NCBI GenBank assembly: GCA_038209745.1
Contig: JBBQXJ010000049.1
Span: forward strand, 1 to 35,624
Direction: 5' to 3'
Length of the DNA stretch: 35,624 nucleotides
DNA from: Verrucomicrobiota bacterium
GTDB taxonomy: Bacteria; Verrucomicrobiota; Verrucomicrobiia; Limisphaerales; CANJSG01
The translations under genes were made by a program, and so were the position numbers. Below, one piece after another: positions 8,328 to 17,777 of the stretch (the first letter of the stretch is position 1; each line of letters starts with the position of its first letter). A model generated the notes under the pieces. That model worked only from the letters and a program-made list of their open reading frames with translations, was not told the origin of the DNA and did no database searches.

Positions 8328-9623
8328 GTGAACCCGACCGACCTCCGCGGCATTCTCCGCTACATCCCGAGCTTTCGGGAAAAGACCTTCGTCATCGCCG
8401 TGGATGGCGCGGTCGTCACGGACGAGAACTTTGCGAACATCCTGCGCGATGTCGCGGTGCTGCGGTCGCTCAACATCCGCGTCGTTCTCGTCCATGGCGC
8501 CGCCCAGCAGATCCAGCAGCTCGGCAACGCCGAAAACGTCCGTCCCTCCGATCTTACCGGCAGCGGCATCACCGATCCGTCCACCCTCCGGCTGGCCCTG
8601 ACCGCCGCGAACCGGTTGACCCACGAGATCCTCGAAGGTCTGGCCGACAACGACATCCGGGCCGCGTCCACCAACGCCGTCATCGCGCATCCCCTCGGCA
8701 TCCTCCAAGGGCAGGACCACCAGATGACCGGCAAGGTCGAGCGCGTCGACACGGGATTTCTCAACATTCTTCTGGAGCACGGCATCGTGCCCGTCGCACC
8801 GCCCCTCGGGCTGGACGGTGAGGGCAAGACCTTCCGGGTGAACTCCGACACGGTCGCGCTGGAAATCGCCGAAGCGGTCAAGGCCGCCAAACTCATCTAC
8901 ATCACCACCGCCGACGGGCTCATCTTCCAGAACCGTCTCCTGCGACAGGTCCCCGTCGCCCTGCTCGACGCCATGTTGGCCAAGACCAAGGCCGACTTCG
9001 CCGCCGACACCCTGACCAAGGCGCAGTGCGCCGCCATCGCCTGTCGGCACGGCATCCAGCGCGTCCACATCATCAACGGCCGGGTCGACGAAGGCCTCCT
9101 CACCGAGCTCTTCTCCAACGAGGGGGTCGGCACGATGATCTACGCCAACGAATACGAGCAGATCCGCAAGGCGCTGAAGAAGGACGTCACCTCCATCCTC
9201 AAGCTGACCAAGGCCTCCGTCGAATCGGCGGAACTCGTCAAACGCACCCGCGCCGCCATCGAAAAGCAGCTCCCCGACTACTTCATCTACGAGATCGACC
9301 GGAACCCCGTCGCCTGCATCGCGCTCCACGTCTATCCCGAGCAGAAGAAGGGCGAACTGGCCTGCCTCTTCGTGGCGTCCTCGCACGAGAACCAAGGAAT
9401 CGGCCGGAAGCTGATCCAGTTTGTCGAAGCCCGCGCCAAGGAAATGGACCTGGACGAACTGCTCACGCTCTCGACCCAGGCCTTCACCTACTTCCAGACC
9501 AAGGGCGGATTCGTCGAGGGCACTCCTGAGGACCTGCCTCCGGAACGCCGCGACAAATACGCCTCCAGCGGCCGGAACTCCAAGGTTCTGGTGAAGCGGC
9601 TGAAGGTGGCGCAACCGACGTAG
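8328..9623 (+). CDS. argA: Amino-acid N-acetyltransferase (N-acetylglutamate synthase, AAK + GNAT domains)
   Basis: YIPSFREKTFVI, VVLVHG, RVHIINGRVDEGLLTELFSNEGVGTMI, GELACLFV...QGIG, RNSKVLVK. GTG start at 8328 inferred. Confidence 0.9.
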   Translation: MNPTDLRGILRYIPSFREKTFVIAVDGAVVTDENFANILRDVAVLRSLNIRVVLVHGAAQQIQQLGNAENVRPSDLTGSGITDPSTLRLALTAANRLTHEILEGLADNDIRAASTNAVIAHPLGILQGQDHQMTGKVERVDTGFLNILLEHGIVPVAPPLGLDGEGKTFRVNSDTVALEIAEAVKAAKLIYITTADGLIFQNRLLRQVPVALLDAMLAKTKADFAADTLTKAQCAAIACRHGIQRVHIINGRVDEGLLTELFSNEGVGTMIYANEYEQIRKALKKDVTSILKLTKASVESAELVKRTRAAIEKQLPDYFIYEIDRNPVACIALHVYPEQKKGELACLFVASSHENQGIGRKLIQFVEARAKEMDLDELLTLSTQAFTYFQTKGGFVEGTPEDLPPERRDKYASSGRNSKVLVKRLKVAQPT

Positions 9624-9766
9624 AGGCAACTTTGGGCTGCCTGTTCGGGATCGGATCCGATTCCGCCTCTACTGCGTCGGTCCGAGGCGCTCATACCTGA
9701 AGCGCACGCTTGGATTGGACACAAATTCTTCGTCTGCGCTGCGAAAAAACCACAGCAACGCGAGGC

Positions 9767-10577
9767 GACGCAGGATTCACCCGCGTGAGCGAGGATTTTT
9801 ACGTCGCCCATGACCGGCCCAAAACCCTCTACGTCCGCGCGCTCCACCAACGGGCCGCCCAATGGTTGCGCCGCGCCCAACTCCCGCCCGCCCTCGCGCC
9901 CTCGCGCCTCACGGACGCGACGTCAAACCTCGCTGCCGTCAAAGCGCCGCCGAGCCGGGCAGCCTGTGGGAGCATCTCCACCGCACCGTGTCCGAGACGC
10001 GCGCCGCCAAGGGTTTGCGCCATAAACAGGCCACCGTCCTGGCCATCACCATCGCCTGGCTGCCGACCGGCCAACGAGGCGGTCACCGGGCCATCGCCCT
10101 CTTCGCCAACGCTTTGGTCCAGGCCCAGCGCGCACGGCTCCGTTGCGGGCACAATCGCAGGACCAAAGCCCATGAAGTTCCGGCTGAAAACTGCCGCTAC
10201 CGCGTCCTCACCGCCGTGCCCGTGCAGGCCCTCGGCCAGGCGCTGGTGCAATGGCAAACGTCTGAGCGCCGGTTAAGCCAACGAGGCCAGATTGCTGGAA
10301 CTGGCGCGGGCGTGTTGGGACATTGAGAACGGCGGGCACGGGCGGCTCGATGCAAGCGCCTTTGAAGACGGCTGCCGCGTGCGCCATCCCGTGGCGGCCA
10401 CCGCGCCGGGCTGGCCGCGCCGCTTCGTCCACGGGGAATACGCCGCCGGGTCCCGCCGCCAGCCTTGCGCCCACGATCGCACCCACCCCACCCACCTTCT
10501 CCGCGCGCTCCCGCAGCGACCCCGCCATCCTCGTCCGCTTCGTCACCACCCTCCCGCCAGACTTTAAAGCGGCCCCG
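9767..10577 (+). mobile_element. Degraded ISAs1-family element with an N-terminal DUF4338-like segment
   Basis: Three frames: GFTRVSEDFYVAHDRPKTLYVR (DUF4338-like); RAAKGLRHKQATVLAI (ISAs1 N-domain); WDIENGGHGRLDASAFEDGCRVR (ISAs1 HWxIENxLHxxLD..EDxxR). End-like GACTTTAAAGCGGCCCCG at 10560-10577. The DDE core is missing. Confidence 0.75.
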
Positions 10578-10650
10578 GGAGTCCGCCTTGACCGAAAACA
10601 AGAGGCTGACAACCCGCTCTTGATGCCTTTGACTGCCCGCGTTTTCGATC

Positions 10651-12171
10651 ATGCCAAAGCGCACAGACATCCATTCCGTCCTCATCATCGGCGCCGGACC
10701 GATCATCATCGGCCAGGCCTGCGAGTTCGACTATTCCGGCACCCAGGCCTGCAAGGCCCTGCGGGAAGAGGGCTACCGTGTCGTCCTCATCAACTCCAAC
10801 CCGGCCACCATCATGACCGACCCGGAGTTCGCGGACCGCACCTACATCGAGCCTGTCACGCCGGAAGCCGTTGAGAAGATCATCGTGCGCGAGCAGGCGG
10901 AGATGAACTCCTTGCGGAGGGCCACCGGGAAGGAAATTGGCAAACTTGTCCTCCTCCCCACCCTCGGCGGACAGACCGCCCTCAACACCGCCATGAAACT
11001 CCACGGCACCGGCGTCCTGGAGCGCTTGGGCGTGGAGATGATCGGTGCCAAAGCGGACGCCATCGAGAAGGGCGAAGACCGCCAGATCTTCAAGGATCTC
11101 ATGATCCAGATCGGGCTGGATGTGCCCATTTCCGGAACGGCCCACACCGTCGAAGAATGCTGGGCCGTCGCCGAGAAGATCGGCCGCTTCCCCCTCATCA
11201 TCCGGCCCGCCTACACCCTCGGCGGCACCGGCGGCGGCATCGCCTACAACCGCGAAGAATTCGCCGAAATGGCCAAGCGCGGCATCGACCTTTCCCCCGT
11301 CTCCGAGATCCTCATCGAGGAATCCCTCCTCGGCTGGAAGGAATACGAGATGGAGGTCATGCGCGACCACGCCGACAACTGCGTCATCATCTGCTCCATC
11401 GAAAACTTCGATCCGATGGGCGTCCACACCGGCGACTCCATCACCGTCGCGCCCATCCAGACCCTCACGGACAAGGAATATCAGATCATGCGCGACGCCT
11501 CGTTCGCCGTGATCCGCGCCGTCGGGGTCGAGACCGGCGGGTCCAACATCCAGTTCTCCGTCAATCCCGACAACGGCCGGATGATCGTCATCGAGATGAA
11601 CCCCCGCGTCTCCCGCAGCTCCGCGCTCGCGTCCAAGGCCACCGGGTTCCCCATCGCCAAGATCGCCGCCAAGCTCGCCGTTGGTTACCTGCTCGACGAG
11701 CTCAGGAACGACATCACCCGCGAAACCCCGGCCAGCTTCGAGCCCAGCATCGACTACGTCGTCACCAAGATGCCCCGCTTCGCCTTCGAGAAGTTCCCCC
11801 AGGCCGACGCCACGCTGACCACCCAGATGAAGAGCGTCGGCGAAGCCATGGCCATCGGCCGCACCTTCAAGGAATCCTTCCAGAAATGTCTCCGCTCGCT
11901 GGAGATCGGCCGCAGCGGCCTCGGCGGCGACGGCAAGTCATGGCGGATCGGCGTCGATGTCTACGGCGACCGCGAAATCCTCCCGCGCGACGTCATCAGC
12001 CGGAAGCTCAGCATCCCCAACGCCGAACGCGTCTTCTTCATCCGCCACGCCCTCCGCGCCGGCTTCACCGTCGAGGAGATCTTCCAGCTCACCAAGATCG
12101 ACCGCTGGTTTCTGGTGCAGATCAAGGAACTCGTGGACTTCGAGGAAGAGCTGGCGGGGGCGAAGAATTAG
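10651..12171 (+). CDS. carB: Carbamoyl-phosphate synthase large subunit, N-terminal half only (506 aa)
   Basis: [66 protein letters not shown]. Stops after [20 protein letters not shown]. Confidence 0.93.
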   Translation: MPKRTDIHSVLIIGAGPIIIGQACEFDYSGTQACKALREEGYRVVLINSNPATIMTDPEFADRTYIEPVTPEAVEKIIVREQAEMNSLRRATGKEIGKLVLLPTLGGQTALNTAMKLHGTGVLERLGVEMIGAKADAIEKGEDRQIFKDLMIQIGLDVPISGTAHTVEECWAVAEKIGRFPLIIRPAYTLGGTGGGIAYNREEFAEMAKRGIDLSPVSEILIEESLLGWKEYEMEVMRDHADNCVIICSIENFDPMGVHTGDSITVAPIQTLTDKEYQIMRDASFAVIRAVGVETGGSNIQFSVNPDNGRMIVIEMNPRVSRSSALASKATGFPIAKIAAKLAVGYLLDELRNDITRETPASFEPSIDYVVTKMPRFAFEKFPQADATLTTQMKSVGEAMAIGRTFKESFQKCLRSLEIGRSGLGGDGKSWRIGVDVYGDREILPRDVISRKLSIPNAERVFFIRHALRAGFTVEEIFQLTKIDRWFLVQIKELVDFEEELAGAKN

Positions 12172-12188
12172 ACTCTGCCCCGTTATTT

Positions 12189-13538
12189 ATGCCCCTGACC
12201 ACGAGCCAGCAGCTAATCGCCTTCAGCAACCACTTGGCAGCGCGTCGGGAATCCATCCTGTTTGCTTGGCGAAAAGCGGCCCGCGCGGATCCCGAACAAA
12301 CGACCGGCCGCGCGCTCACCCTCGGGCAATTCCTCGATCACATTCCACAGATCCTCGACGGCTTTGAACTCCAGCTGCGCTCCCGTCCGGGCGGGGCGGC
12401 TGCCCAAGCCGCCGATATCGGAAAAAAGGTGGAGGGGGTGAAGCACGGATTGCACCGCTGGCAGCAGGGGTATCGGTTGAAGGAACTCTTGAACGAGTGC
12501 GGCCTGCTTCAGCTCTGCTTGGTCGAGGAGCTGGGTCGCATCGCTGCGAAGCATCCCGAGCTGGAACACGAGACGCTGCTGGAGGCGAATCGCGAGTTGC
12601 TCAACCTGATCAACGATACCATCAGCGCAAGCGCCGCCCAATACGAGCGTATGCAGCGGGCGGAAGCCTCCGGGCGGTTGAACGACCTCATGGGCGTGCT
12701 CGCCCACGTCCATGAAATCGAGCAGCGGCGCGCCACCCTCATCCACCAGGCCGTGCATGATCTCACCAGCGACGCCCTCGGCGTCAGCATGGCGGCGACG
12801 TGGATCGGCAAGCCCGACACCGTAGAAACACAGCGGGTGGAAACGGCGGCGTTCCTGCAGCGGGCCGTGCAAGGGCTCACCGCGACGCTGGGTGAACTGA
12901 TGGTGCTGACGCGGCTGGAGGCCGGTCAGGAAAAACGGAAAATCTCCACGTTCGACGCCGCCGCCCTGATTACGGAACTGGGCCAGATCAATCAATCCTT
13001 GGCCCACGAACGCGGGCTGTTCCTCAAGGCCAACGGTCCGGCTTCGTTAACCATTGACGGCGACGCCGACAAAGTGGGGCGCCTGCTAAAAAACCTTTTG
13101 ATCAACGCGCTTAAATACACCGGACACGGCGGAGTCACCGTGAGTTGGGGCGCGGAGGAAAAGAACTGGTGGATGATGGTCAAGGACACCGGTCCCGGAT
13201 TGTTAGCCGGCTGCGGCGCCCCCATGCTGGAGGGCTTGCAGGAGGCCACCGCGAGCGCCAAGGAGTCGGACGTGAAGGCCGCCGCAGTCGAAGGTGTAGC
13301 CTCGCATGTGCTGACGCAGCCCTAGGACTCCTCCACTCCGGCTGGGCCTGCTCTGCAGCAGTCCGGTGAAGGGATTGGGCTTTCGATCGTGAAACGCCTA
13401 TGTGAATTGCTCGATGCGAGCTTGGAGATCGCCAGCTCGGCAGAAACGGGCACGACGTTCCGTGTCGTGTTTCCCAGCTGCTACCCAACTCCGGTTGACG
13501 AAAAACCGGTAGCAGGCGCGGCGGTCAGCTTGAGTTGA
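12189..13538 (+). pseudogene. Cytoplasmic sensor histidine kinase (RsbRD-N-like N-terminus) interrupted by an in-frame TAG at 13323-13325
   Basis: ATG 12189; H-box VHDL, N-box NLLINALKYT, G1 DTGPG. After the TAG the same frame continues GEGIGLSIVKRLCELLDASLEIASSAETGTTFRVVFP to TGA 13536-13538. Confidence 0.8.
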
Positions 13539-13851
13539 CGATTGGTGGCACGCGCTTCGGTCCCCACCGTTGACGCTCGATTTTTCCCGCGCCGTCCGCT
13601 TCAGGTGCTCTTGGCATCGCACGCCCTGCTTCAGGGGGCGGCCTTTGCGCCGATCCTCCGTGCGGCTGCCGATGAAAAGCGGCGGCGAAGCGCTGGCCAA
13701 CGGGCGCACCTTCAAGACGCTTCGCGCGGTCCGGGAATCCCCGGCACGGTCAGAGGCACTGAACCGCGGTGGTCCATCACCGCTTCCCCGCGTTCCGCTC
13801 CAAAGACCCATGGTTCGACAAACACTTCCACCGCGTTCATTCTCCACATCT

Positions 13852-14421
13852 ATGCGGAAACCGCGACAAGCCCTCCTCGCGACGGCGCTCTTGGCCGCGG
13901 TTTGCGCCGGCGGTTTGGCCATGCGGCGCCCCGCGCCCGTCGACCGGGCCCAGCAGTCGGTCGCGACCTTGTCGGGCGGTTGTTTCTGGGGTTTGCAGGA
14001 GTCGCTCCGCTCCCTTCCCGGTGTCATCAAGACGACCGTCGGCTACACCGGAGGCACAACGACGAATCCGACCCACGATCGCGTGGCCGCCCGCACGACC
14101 GGTCACACGGAAGCGGTGGAGGTGGAGTTTGATCCGACCCGGTTGAGCTACGAGGAATTGCTGACCGCGTTCCTGGACGCCCGCGATCCGGCGCGGCTCA
14201 CCGGCAGCACGAACTCCACGGCTCGCTCCGCCATCTTCTACCACGACGAGGGTCAACGACGTTCCGCCGAGCGCGCAAAAGAACGCGTCGATCATTCAGG
14301 GAAATGGAGCTCGCCGGTCGTCGCGGAAGTCACCGCCGCCACGACGTTCTATCCAGCGGAGGAATACCATCAGGACTACTATTTGAAGGTGGCCGCCGGC
14401 CGGGCCTGCAGTTCCGAGTAG
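13852..14421 (+). CDS. msrA: Peptide-methionine (S)-S-oxide reductase MsrA-like protein with an N-terminal signal/anchor
   Basis: GGCFWG, VGYTGG, GHTEAVEVEFDP, FYPAEEYHQDYY; hydrophobic N-terminus from ATG 13852. Confidence 0.82.
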   Translation: MRKPRQALLATALLAAVCAGGLAMRRPAPVDRAQQSVATLSGGCFWGLQESLRSLPGVIKTTVGYTGGTTTNPTHDRVAARTTGHTEAVEVEFDPTRLSYEELLTAFLDARDPARLTGSTNSTARSAIFYHDEGQRRSAERAKERVDHSGKWSSPVVAEVTAATTFYPAEEYHQDYYLKVAAGRACSSE

Positions 14422-14456
14422 AACGGACCGACGGGTCGCGTTCCCTCTCGGCAACT

Positions 14457-15410
14457 TCACAAGGGTTTCATCGATCCATCCAACACCGCCGACACCGGCA
14501 TCGAATTGCCGAAATGCTCGAAGTCCTTGAAGGACCAAACGACCTGTTTGTCGCGGGTGATCTCGATGATCTGGGGATTGTCCGGTCCGGCGTGGCAGTT
14601 GCCGAAGACGATGTGGCCGTTCGGCAGGACGTTCAGCGACGTGATCCAGGCGAGGGTGATTCCGGGGAGATCATGCTGCGCCACCTTCCAGACGATCTCC
14701 TTCTGCGGGGTGACTTCGAGCAGGCTATGGCCATTGCCCGCCGCGACCAAGGTGTTGCCATTCGCCAGTCGCACCGCGCCAAAGACGGCGTTCCCGAACG
14801 CTTCCGGCCCGTGGCCCGGTTTCGACTCCTGCCCGAAAAGGGGCACCGGGAAGTCCCAGACAACTTTCCCATCCGCATCGTATTCGCGCACGGCACCGTC
14901 GCTCTCGTGGCAGACGAGATAGTGTCCGTTCGCCAGCCTGCGCACCATCCGCGTGTCGCTGTGGGTGCTGGGATGATCGATTTTCAGACGGACCGTGTGC
15001 AGCAGTTTTCCAGAGCGATCCACTTCGATGATCCGGGCCACGCCGCTTTCCGCGATCATGGTTGAACCGTCAGGCAGCCGCTGGAAGGCGTGGACCTCGA
15101 CCTGCTTGCCCTCGTTGCCGTTCTGCGTGGCGCTATCGTAGCTCCAGACGGTTTCATGCGCCGGCGTCATTTCGACGATCCGGGTCCAACTGGTCTGGAA
15201 GAGAATGTTGCCGCCGGGCAGGAGAGCGAGGTCGTGGATCGGTCCGATCTTGTGTTCCCACGAGAGATGCCCGTCCGATTCGACGATCGCGATCCGTCCT
15301 TTCGAATCGTCGCCGATCAGCAGGCGGTGGCCGGCGAGAGCGGCCGCGCGGGCCGGAAGCGATCCGATGACAAACGCGAGGACCGAGGCGAGGAGCGATA
15401 CGGGAATCAC
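14457..15410 (-). CDS. Exported beta-propeller protein (PQQ-like/arylsulfotransferase-like repeats)
   Basis: Signal peptide; repeated (R)LxNG(N/H)xL...E.....G..VW units. Confidence 0.75.
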   Translation of the reverse strand: MIPVSLLASVLAFVIGSLPARAAALAGHRLLIGDDSKGRIAIVESDGHLSWEHKIGPIHDLALLPGGNILFQTSWTRIVEMTPAHETVWSYDSATQNGNEGKQVEVHAFQRLPDGSTMIAESGVARIIEVDRSGKLLHTVRLKIDHPSTHSDTRMVRRLANGHYLVCHESDGAVREYDADGKVVWDFPVPLFGQESKPGHGPEAFGNAVFGAVRLANGNTLVAAGNGHSLLEVTPQKEIVWKVAQHDLPGITLAWITSLNVLPNGHIVFGNCHAGPDNPQIIEITRDKQVVWSFKDFEHFGNSMPVSAVLDGSMKPL

Positions 15411-15538
15411 CTGACAACGGTGGCAATCAATACCGATGGCGGCAATGGAGATTCGAAGTCAAACAGGGCCGCGAAAGCGAATCCGGACGGTCGGGAGCCG
15501 TGTCGTTTCCCAGCCTGACTTTCGCTCGTTGTTTCCGC

Positions 15539-15934
15539 CTACTCCTTGATCGTGGCGGCGAGCGTCGCGGCGGGCTCGGCGACCTTGACAGCCGCGACTT
15601 CGAAATCCATCTGCGTTTCGTCGTCGCGCTTGAACTGGGTGAGGCTCAAGACCGTCATCTTGGTATTGGGTGTCACGCGGACCAAGGTGCCCGGCAGATC
15701 GTTTGCATCCATCTGGACCAGCAGCTCAACGGTGGTGCCGTTACCCGTCTGGACGATGTCCTGGGCTCTCAATGTGGCGCCCACTGCCAACGCCTTTCCA
15801 GCCACTTGCGGGCTGGTTCCGGTGACGGAATGCACTTTGACGGCGACCGAAGAATCGGCGGCGCCGGAGGTGGAGGCCGCGCCGAAAACCAAGCCGACGG
15901 TAAGGACTGCGGAGAGGAAGCGGATGCTCTTCAT
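15539..15934 (-). CDS. Small exported protein with a FecR-like domain
   Basis: Signal peptide; ALAVGATLRAQDIVQTGNGTTVEL...VRVTPNT resembles the FecR N-domain. Confidence 0.6.
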   Translation of the reverse strand: MKSIRFLSAVLTVGLVFGAASTSGAADSSVAVKVHSVTGTSPQVAGKALAVGATLRAQDIVQTGNGTTVELLVQMDANDLPGTLVRVTPNTKMTVLSLTQFKRDDETQMDFEVAAVKVAEPAATLAATIKE

Positions 15935-16166
15935 GCCAGAGCGAATAGCCGGGGGCGTGCCAGCGCGGGCTTTGTGAATCCCTTTCCGTCAGTGTGTTAG
16001 ACAAATTGGAAAACTGTCCAAGCACGGAGCACGAATTGTCCTGAAGCCCGTAGGCGCTTCTACGCGGGCTCGAACAACCTCTTCGTCTGCTCCGCCTGTT
16101 CCTCTCATTCCTGCAATCCGTCCTGAGGGAAAAAGAGGGTTGTTCTGGAATTTCCTCTGCTCGAGA

Positions 16167-17660
16167 TCAGACCGTTTCGGTTATGCCGGCCATCAATCGC
16201 ATCAATGCGGGCTGGGAGAATTCTTCGCGGGAAAGTTCGCCGCTGATCCGTCCTTCGCGCAGCACGAGGATTCGGCGGCTCAGGTTCATCACTTCCGGAA
16301 GCTCGGAGGAGATGACCAGAAGGGCCAGCCCTTGGCAGGCCAGTTCGTCCAGCAATCCGTGGATCTCCGCCTTGGCCCCGACGTCGACGCCGCGAGTGGG
16401 CTCGTCCACGATCAGGATGTCGCACTCCCGGGCGAGCCACTTGGCCAGAGCGACCTTCTGCTGGTTGCCACCGCTCAGTCCGTTGATCACCGCCTCCATC
16501 GTAGGCGTCTTCACCCGGAGCCGGGCGCCGTAGCGCTCCGCAACGGCCCGCTCTTCTTTCCGTCGGACAAAGCCCCAGCGCGAGAGAGGCCCCAAGGTCG
16601 CGAGAGAGGTGTTCTCCCGGCAGTTCATCGAGAGAACCAGTCCTTGGCGCTTCCGATCCTCCGGCAAAAGGCCGATGCCCGCAGCCAGCGCGGCCTGCAC
16701 ATCGCCCAGCGGCAGCGGCCGACCTTTCGCCCAGATCCGGCCGGTGGCGGCCGGATCGAGTCCGAAGATCGCCTGGGCCACTTCGCTCCGGCCTGCGCCG
16801 ACCAGTCCGGCGAAACCCAGAACCTCGCCCGCCCTCAGGCTGAAGCCGATATCGACGAACTTCCCCGGTGAGCCGAGTCCCACCACGCGAAGGAGCTCCT
16901 CACCGAGCGGCTGCTCCAGATGTTTCGGCGTCACCACGGAGACCTGGCGGCCCACCATCTGATGGATCACTTCCTCGGGACTGGTCGACCCGGTCAAACC
17001 GGTCCAGACGTGGGCGCCGTCGCGAAGCACGGTGACCGTGTCGCACAGCCTGAAAATCTCCTCCATCCGATGCGAGACGTAGAGGACGGTGATGCCACGT
17101 TCGCGCAGCTGGGCGAGAAGGCCGAAGAGGTGTTCGCTCTCGGCGAAGGACAGCGAACTGGTCGGCTCGTCCATCACGATGATCCGTGCTTCCGTGCCGA
17201 GAGCGGCGGCGATCTGCACGATCTGTTCCTGGCCCGTGGTCAGTTCGCCGATGGGGCGGTTCACATCGATGTCCGATCCGATCTCCTCGAGCATCCGCCG
17301 CGCGCGCTTCCGCATTTCGGTCCGGTCCAGCCAGCCGCCGCGATTCGGCAGTTCACCGAGGCAAAGGTTTTCCGCGACGGTGAGATTCGGACAGAAGGCC
17401 AGCTCCTGGTGGACCATCGCGATGCCCAGACGCCGCGCCGCCAATGGATCCGCCGGAGCGATGGTTTCACCCTCCAGACGGATCTCGCCCCCGTCCGCCG
17501 TGTAGACTCCCGCAAGGATCTTGCCGAGCGTGCTCTTGCCCGCTCCGTTTTCGCCCATGATCGCATGGCAGCTGCCGCGCTTGATCGAGAAGCTCACTCC
17601 GTCCAATGCCTGGACTCCGGGAAAGCCTTTGCGGATGTCGTGGAATTCGAGGAAGGGCAT
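16167..17660 (-). CDS. Monosaccharide (CUT2) ABC transporter ATP-binding protein, RbsA/MglA type
   Basis: GENGAGKSTL, MDEPTSSL, YVSHRMEE; second ABC domain LSGGNQQK, DEPTRGVDVGAK, ISSELPE. Confidence 0.92.
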   Translation of the reverse strand: MPFLEFHDIRKGFPGVQALDGVSFSIKRGSCHAIMGENGAGKSTLGKILAGVYTADGGEIRLEGETIAPADPLAARRLGIAMVHQELAFCPNLTVAENLCLGELPNRGGWLDRTEMRKRARRMLEEIGSDIDVNRPIGELTTGQEQIVQIAAALGTEARIIVMDEPTSSLSFAESEHLFGLLAQLRERGITVLYVSHRMEEIFRLCDTVTVLRDGAHVWTGLTGSTSPEEVIHQMVGRQVSVVTPKHLEQPLGEELLRVVGLGSPGKFVDIGFSLRAGEVLGFAGLVGAGRSEVAQAIFGLDPAATGRIWAKGRPLPLGDVQAALAAGIGLLPEDRKRQGLVLSMNCRENTSLATLGPLSRWGFVRRKEERAVAERYGARLRVKTPTMEAVINGLSGGNQQKVALAKWLARECDILIVDEPTRGVDVGAKAEIHGLLDELACQGLALLVISSELPEVMNLSRRILVLREGRISGELSREEFSQPALMRLMAGITETV

Positions 17661-17777
17661 GCCGCAGATTGGCCGTGGCTGCGGCAAGGCTTCAACGGTC
17701 AAGTGAAGAGGCGGTCAAGCGGAGCGGTCGCTCCATGCTTGCCAGCGAAGCAGGTTTCTCCACACCGTCCGGGCTCG

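Noticed and set aside
9767..9900. Druantia anti-phage system
   Set aside because: Only a DUF4338-like fragment inside an IS relic; no DruE helicase or other dru genes.
11157..12188. 722-aa ORF suggesting a long Arg-rich N-terminal extension of the kinase
   Set aside because: The extension is an off-frame shadow of carB; the real start is ATG 12189.
13590..13730. Degenerate palindromic repeat, or an N-terminal extension of MsrA
   Set aside because: Too degenerate to delimit, and the translation shows no protein-like motif.
15950..15964. Sigma-54 site (TGGCACG) before the FecR-like gene
   Set aside because: The -12 element is poor (CGGC instead of TTGC) and the site is very close to the start codon.
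16010..16146. Inverted repeats (AGCCCGTAG/CTACGCGGGCT; GAACAACCTCTT/AAGAGGGTTGTTC) as a riboswitch or operator
   Set aside because: No recognisable riboswitch consensus; may be a terminator or chance pairing.
16920..17777. 736-aa ORF suggesting an ArgJ fusion
   Set aside because: The N-terminal part is antisense to the ABC ATPase; ArgJ homology starts at 17778.
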